Origin: a virus | Lineage: Duplodnaviria > Heunggongvirae > Uroviricota > Caudoviricetes | IMG/VR virus record: IMGVR_UViG_2534682329_000008 | Reading direction: 5' to 3' (one strand) | Length of the DNA stretch: 8,918 bases | Part shown: positions 6,179-8,918 of the stretch, in pieces | Numbering within the stretch: position 1 is the first letter of the stretch | How the letters are laid out: each line of letters begins with the position of its first letter | Position numbers and translations under genes: made by a program | Notes under the pieces: generated by a model | The model's input: only the letters and a program-made list of their open reading frames with translations | What the model was told of the DNA's origin: nothing | The model's database searches: none

Positions 6179-6364
6179 TCGCAACAACACAACGATACGG
6201 CAACCACCTGATTCACCGTTGCGATGACCGTTTAGATCCGCAGCTTGAATTTCAGCAGGCTTCGGGGAGTGCGAGGGGTGAAACGGACGCGTGAACGTCG
6301 GTGTGACCAGCTGAAATTAACTCAACATTTCATACCTCAGTCGCTTCAACGAGGCGGCTTAGTT

Positions 6365-6655
6365 ATGACAACCGGCGGCCATCCACCGCCTGAATATGCG
6401 CAGAAGTCTCTATATGTTCAGCAGCCCAGCTTACGGGCAGGAGTTTTTATGGTTCATCAACATTACGGAACGCAGACCGTTAATCGCGGTGCGGTCATGC
6501 CAGGCATGCTGGTCAAACACAAAGATGGTACCTGGACTGCATCAGCTAATTTACGCGGACGGCTTTATCTGCATCGCGGCATCGAGCGCACTTATACCCG
6601 TGATTTGCTCGTGGAAGTTTTTCTCGACGGACGCGGTAACGGCCTCAATCACTAA
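6365..6655 (+). CDS. Hypothetical 96-aa protein between PL and gam (kil/cIII position)
   Basis: ATG 6365 with SD GAGG ~10 nt upstream; stop TAA 6653-6655. No similarity to lambda N, cIII or Kil that I can recognise. The track ORF from a TTG at 6245 is a longer alternative with no SD. Confidence 0.4.
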   Translation: MTTGGHPPPEYAQKSLYVQQPSLRAGVFMVHQHYGTQTVNRGAVMPGMLVKHKDGTWTASANLRGRLYLHRGIERTYTRDLLVEVFLDGRGNGLNH

Positions 6656-6730
6656 TCCCCTTTCCTGTTTTCCTAATCAGCCTGGCATTTCGCGGGCGAT
6701 ATTTTCACAGCCATTTTCAGGAGTTCAGCC

Positions 6731-7027
6731 ATGAACGCTTATTACATTCAGGATCGTCTTGAGGCTCAGAGCTGGGCGCGTCACTACCAGCAGATCGCCC
6801 GTGAAGAGAAAGAGGCAGAACTGGCAGACGACATGGAAAAAGGCCTGCCCCAGCACCTGTTTGAATCGCTATGCATCGATCATTTGCAACGCCACGGGGC
6901 CAGCAAAAAAGCCATTACCCGTGCATTTGATGACGATGTTGAGTTTCAGGAGCGCATGGCGGAACACATCCGGTACATGGTTGAAACCATTGCTCACCAT
7001 CAGGTTGATATTGATTCAGAGGTATAA
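6731..7027 (+). CDS. gam: Gam, host RecBCD nuclease inhibitor (short 98-aa form)
   Basis: [60 protein letters not shown]…[10 protein letters not shown] is near-identical to the lambda Gam C-terminal 98 aa from memory. SD GGAG ~8 nt upstream. Confidence 0.9.
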   Translation: MNAYYIQDRLEAQSWARHYQQIAREEKEAELADDMEKGLPQHLFESLCIDHLQRHGASKKAITRAFDDDVEFQERMAEHIRYMVETIAHHQVDIDSEV

Positions 7028-7032
7028 AACAA

Positions 7033-7818
7033 ATGAGTACTGCACTCGCAACGCTGGCAGGGAAGCTGGCTGAACGTGTCGGCATGGATTCTGTCGACCC
7101 ACAGGAACTGATCACCACTCTTCGCCAGACGGCATTTAAAGGTGATGCCAGCGATGCGCAGTTCATCGCATTGTTGATCGTCGCCAACCAGTACGGCCTT
7201 AATCCGTGGACGAAAGAAATTTACGCCTTCCCTGATAAGCAGAACGGCATCGTTCCGGTGGTGGGCGTTGATGGCTGGTCCCGCATCATCAATGAAAACC
7301 AGCAGTTTGATGGTATGGACTTTGAGCAGGACAATGAATCCTGCACATGCCGGATTTACCGCAAGGACCGTAATCATCAGATCTGCGTTACCGAGTGGAT
7401 GGATGAATGCCGCCGCGAACCATTCAAAACCCGCGAAGGCAGAGAAATCACGGGGCCGTGGCAGTCGCATCCCAAACGGATGTTACGTCATAAAGCCATG
7501 ATTCAGTGTGCCCGTCTGGCCTTCGGATTTGCTGGTATCTATGACAAGGATGAAGCCGAGCGCATTGTCGAAAATACCGCATACACTGCAGAACGTCAGC
7601 CGGAACGCGACATCACTCCGGTTAACGATGAAACCATGCAGGAGATTAACACTCTGCTGATCGCCCTGGATAAAACATGGGATGACGACTTATTGCCGCT
7701 CTGTTCCCAGATATTTCGCCGCAACATTCGTGCATCGTCAGAACTGACACAGGCCGAAGCAGTAAAAGCTCTTGGATTCCTGAAACAGAAAGCCGCAGAG
7801 CAGAAGGTGGCAGCATGA
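7033..7818 (+). CDS. bet: Bet (Red-beta) single-strand annealing recombinase, 261 aa
   Basis: [66 protein letters not shown]… is near-identical to lambda Bet from memory, with the same length. ATGA overlap with exo. Confidence 0.97.
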   Translation: MSTALATLAGKLAERVGMDSVDPQELITTLRQTAFKGDASDAQFIALLIVANQYGLNPWTKEIYAFPDKQNGIVPVVGVDGWSRIINENQQFDGMDFEQDNESCTCRIYRKDRNHQICVTEWMDECRREPFKTREGREITGPWQSHPKRMLRHKAMIQCARLAFGFAGIYDKDEAERIVENTAYTAERQPERDITPVNDETMQEINTLLIALDKTWDDDLLPLCSQIFRRNIRASSELTQAEAVKALGFLKQKAAEQKVAA

Positions 7819-8495
7819 CACCGGACATTATCCTGCAGCGTACCGGGATCGACGTGAGAGCTGTCGAACAGGGGGATGATGCGTGGCACAAATTACGGCT
7901 CGGCGTCATCACCGCTTCAGAAGTTCACAACGTGATAGCAAAGCCCCGCTCAGGAAAGAAGTGGCCTGACATGAAAATGTCCTACTTCCACACCCTGCTG
8001 GCTGAGGTTTGCACCGGTGTGGCTCCGGAAGTTAATGCTAAGGCGCTGGCCTGGGGAAAACAGTACGAGAACGACGCCAGAGCCCTGTTTGAGTTTACTT
8101 CCGGCGTGAATGTTACTGAATCCCCGATCATCTATCGCGACGAAAGTATGCGCACCGCCTGCTCTCCCGATGGTTTATGCAGTGACGGCAACGGCCTTGA
8201 ACTGAAATGCCCGTTTACCTCCCGGGATTTCATGAAATTCCGGCTCGGTGGTTTCGAGGCAATAAAATCGGCTTACATGGCCCAGGTGCAGTACAGCATG
8301 TGGGTGACGCGAAAAGATGCCTGGTACTTTGCCAACTATGACCCGCGTATGAAGCGTGAAGGACTGCATTATGTCGTGGTTGAGCGGGATGAAAAGTACA
8401 TGGCGAGTTTTAACGAGATGGTGCCGGAGTTCATCGAAAAAATGGACGAGGCACTGGCTGAAATTGGTTTTGTATTTGGGGAGCAATGGCGATGA
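7815..8495 (+). CDS. exo: Exo (Red-alpha) 5'-3' dsDNA exonuclease, 226 aa
   Basis: [65 protein letters not shown]… is near-identical to lambda Exo from memory, with the same length. Confidence 0.97.
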   Translation: MTPDIILQRTGIDVRAVEQGDDAWHKLRLGVITASEVHNVIAKPRSGKKWPDMKMSYFHTLLAEVCTGVAPEVNAKALAWGKQYENDARALFEFTSGVNVTESPIIYRDESMRTACSPDGLCSDGNGLELKCPFTSRDFMKFRLGGFEAIKSAYMAQVQYSMWVTRKDAWYFANYDPRMKREGLHYVVVERDEKYMASFNEMVPEFIEKMDEALAEIGFVFGEQWR

Positions 8496-8674
8496 CGCAT
8501 CCTCACGATAATATCCGGGTAGGCGCGATCACTTTCGTCTACTCCGTTACAAAGCGAGGCTGGGTATTTCCCGGCCTTTCTGTTATCAGAAATCCACTGA
8601 AAGCACAGCGGCTGGCTGAGAAGATAAATAATAAACGGGAGGCGGTATGCACAAAGCATCTCCTGTTGAGTTAA
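8486..8674 (+). CDS. Small early-left ORF (lambda orf61-like hypothetical protein)
   Basis: 62-aa ORF whose start overlaps the exo stop, with SD GGGGAG upstream. Recalled as conserved in lambda immediately distal to exo; function unknown. Confidence 0.55.
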   Translation: MAMTHPHDNIRVGAITFVYSVTKRGWVFPGLSVIRNPLKAQRLAEKINNKREAVCTKHLLLS

Positions 8675-8838
8675 GAACGAGTATTGAGATGGCACATAGC
8701 CTTGCTCAAATTGGAGTCAGGTTTGTGCCAATACCAGTAGAAACAGACGAAGAATTTCATACGTTAGCCGCATCCCTTTCACAAAAGCTGGAAATGATGG
8801 TGGCGAAAGCAGAAGCAGATGAGAGAGACCAGGTATGA
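8647..8838 (+). CDS. Small early-left ORF (lambda orf63-like hypothetical protein)
   Basis: 63-aa ORF with a strong SD GGGAGG ~7 nt upstream of ATG 8647. Overlaps the preceding ORF by 28 nt in a different frame. Confidence 0.55.
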   Translation: MHKASPVELRTSIEMAHSLAQIGVRFVPIPVETDEEFHTLAASLSQKLEMMVAKAEADERDQV

Positions 8839-8918
8839 CAACCACTGAATGCATTTTTCTGGCAGCGGGCTTCATATTCTGTGTGCTTATGCTTGCCGAC
8901 ATGGGGCTTGTTCAGTGA
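8835..8918 (+). CDS. Possible 27-aa hydrophobic micro-ORF, translationally coupled to the previous gene
   Basis: ATGA overlap with the stop of the previous ORF. Translation is MTTTECIFLAAGFIFCVLMLADMGLVQ (single TM-like segment); stop TGA is the last three bases of the window. No other support. Confidence 0.25.
   Translation: MTTTECIFLAAGFIFCVLMLADMGLVQ

Noticed and set aside
6178-6227. 8-bp inverted repeat ATCGCAAC … GTTGCGAT separated by ~34 nt in the predicted PL leader, considered as a nutL boxB
   Set aside because: The loop is far too long for a boxB-type hairpin and no adjacent boxA is present; possibly a weak long-range structure but not supportable as a nut site.
6245-6364. Arg-rich N-like motif (RLRGVRGVKRTRERR) in the TTG-initiated extension of the 6245-6655 ORF
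   Set aside because: No ATG and no SD for this extension; candidate GTG codons sit directly against G-rich runs with no spacing. Kept only as a caveat in the finding about the missing N gene.
6396-6734. 112-aa ORF in an alternative frame overlapping the 6365-6655 ORF and the gam upstream region
   Set aside because: Overlaps a better-supported ORF that has a good SD, and has no RBS or recognisable domain.
6915-7470. Minus-strand ORFs (6915-7187, 7000-7470) antisense to gam and bet
   Set aside because: Antisense to near-identical lambda gam and bet coding sequence; typical shadow ORFs.
7268-7912. ORFs overlapping bet and exo (7268-7501 plus; 7596-7889 and 7646-7912 minus)
   Set aside because: Inside or antisense to bet and exo; no independent support.
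8175-8902. Minus-strand ORFs (8175-8486, 8369-8695, 8717-8902) antisense to exo and the small early-left ORFs
   Set aside because: Antisense to a transcription unit whose plus-strand genes match lambda and have good SDs.

Overview
This window is the early region of a lambdoid, DLP12-like prophage from an E. coli/Shigella-type genome, bounded on the left by the 3' end of an IS1 copy. Calls rest on reading the ORF translations and DNA motifs directly; similarities to lambda and K-12 proteins are recalled from memory, not searched. Left to right: IS1 right end (1-351); a large serine recombinase (ybcK-like) truncated by the IS1; emrE as an AT-rich moron; the lambda-type replication module ren-P-O on the minus strand with ori iterons inside O; a cII-position YdaT-like gene; a cro-like gene; a divergent operator/promoter region; a LexA-type cI-like repressor; then a recombination module gam-bet-exo plus two to three small early-left ORFs, all near-identical to lambda. 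The part most worth follow-up is an AT-rich two-gene cassette (5180-5899) co-oriented immediately downstream of cI, in the position lambda uses for rexAB. It encodes an 87-aa protein and a coiled-coil protein with a C-terminal membrane anchor that I cannot assign to any characterised family, making it a candidate superinfection-exclusion or abortive-infection module. Secondary points: no N gene fits between the PL-like promoter and gam, the O initiator is a hybrid, and an 8-mer operator motif recurs on both sides of the cI operon.
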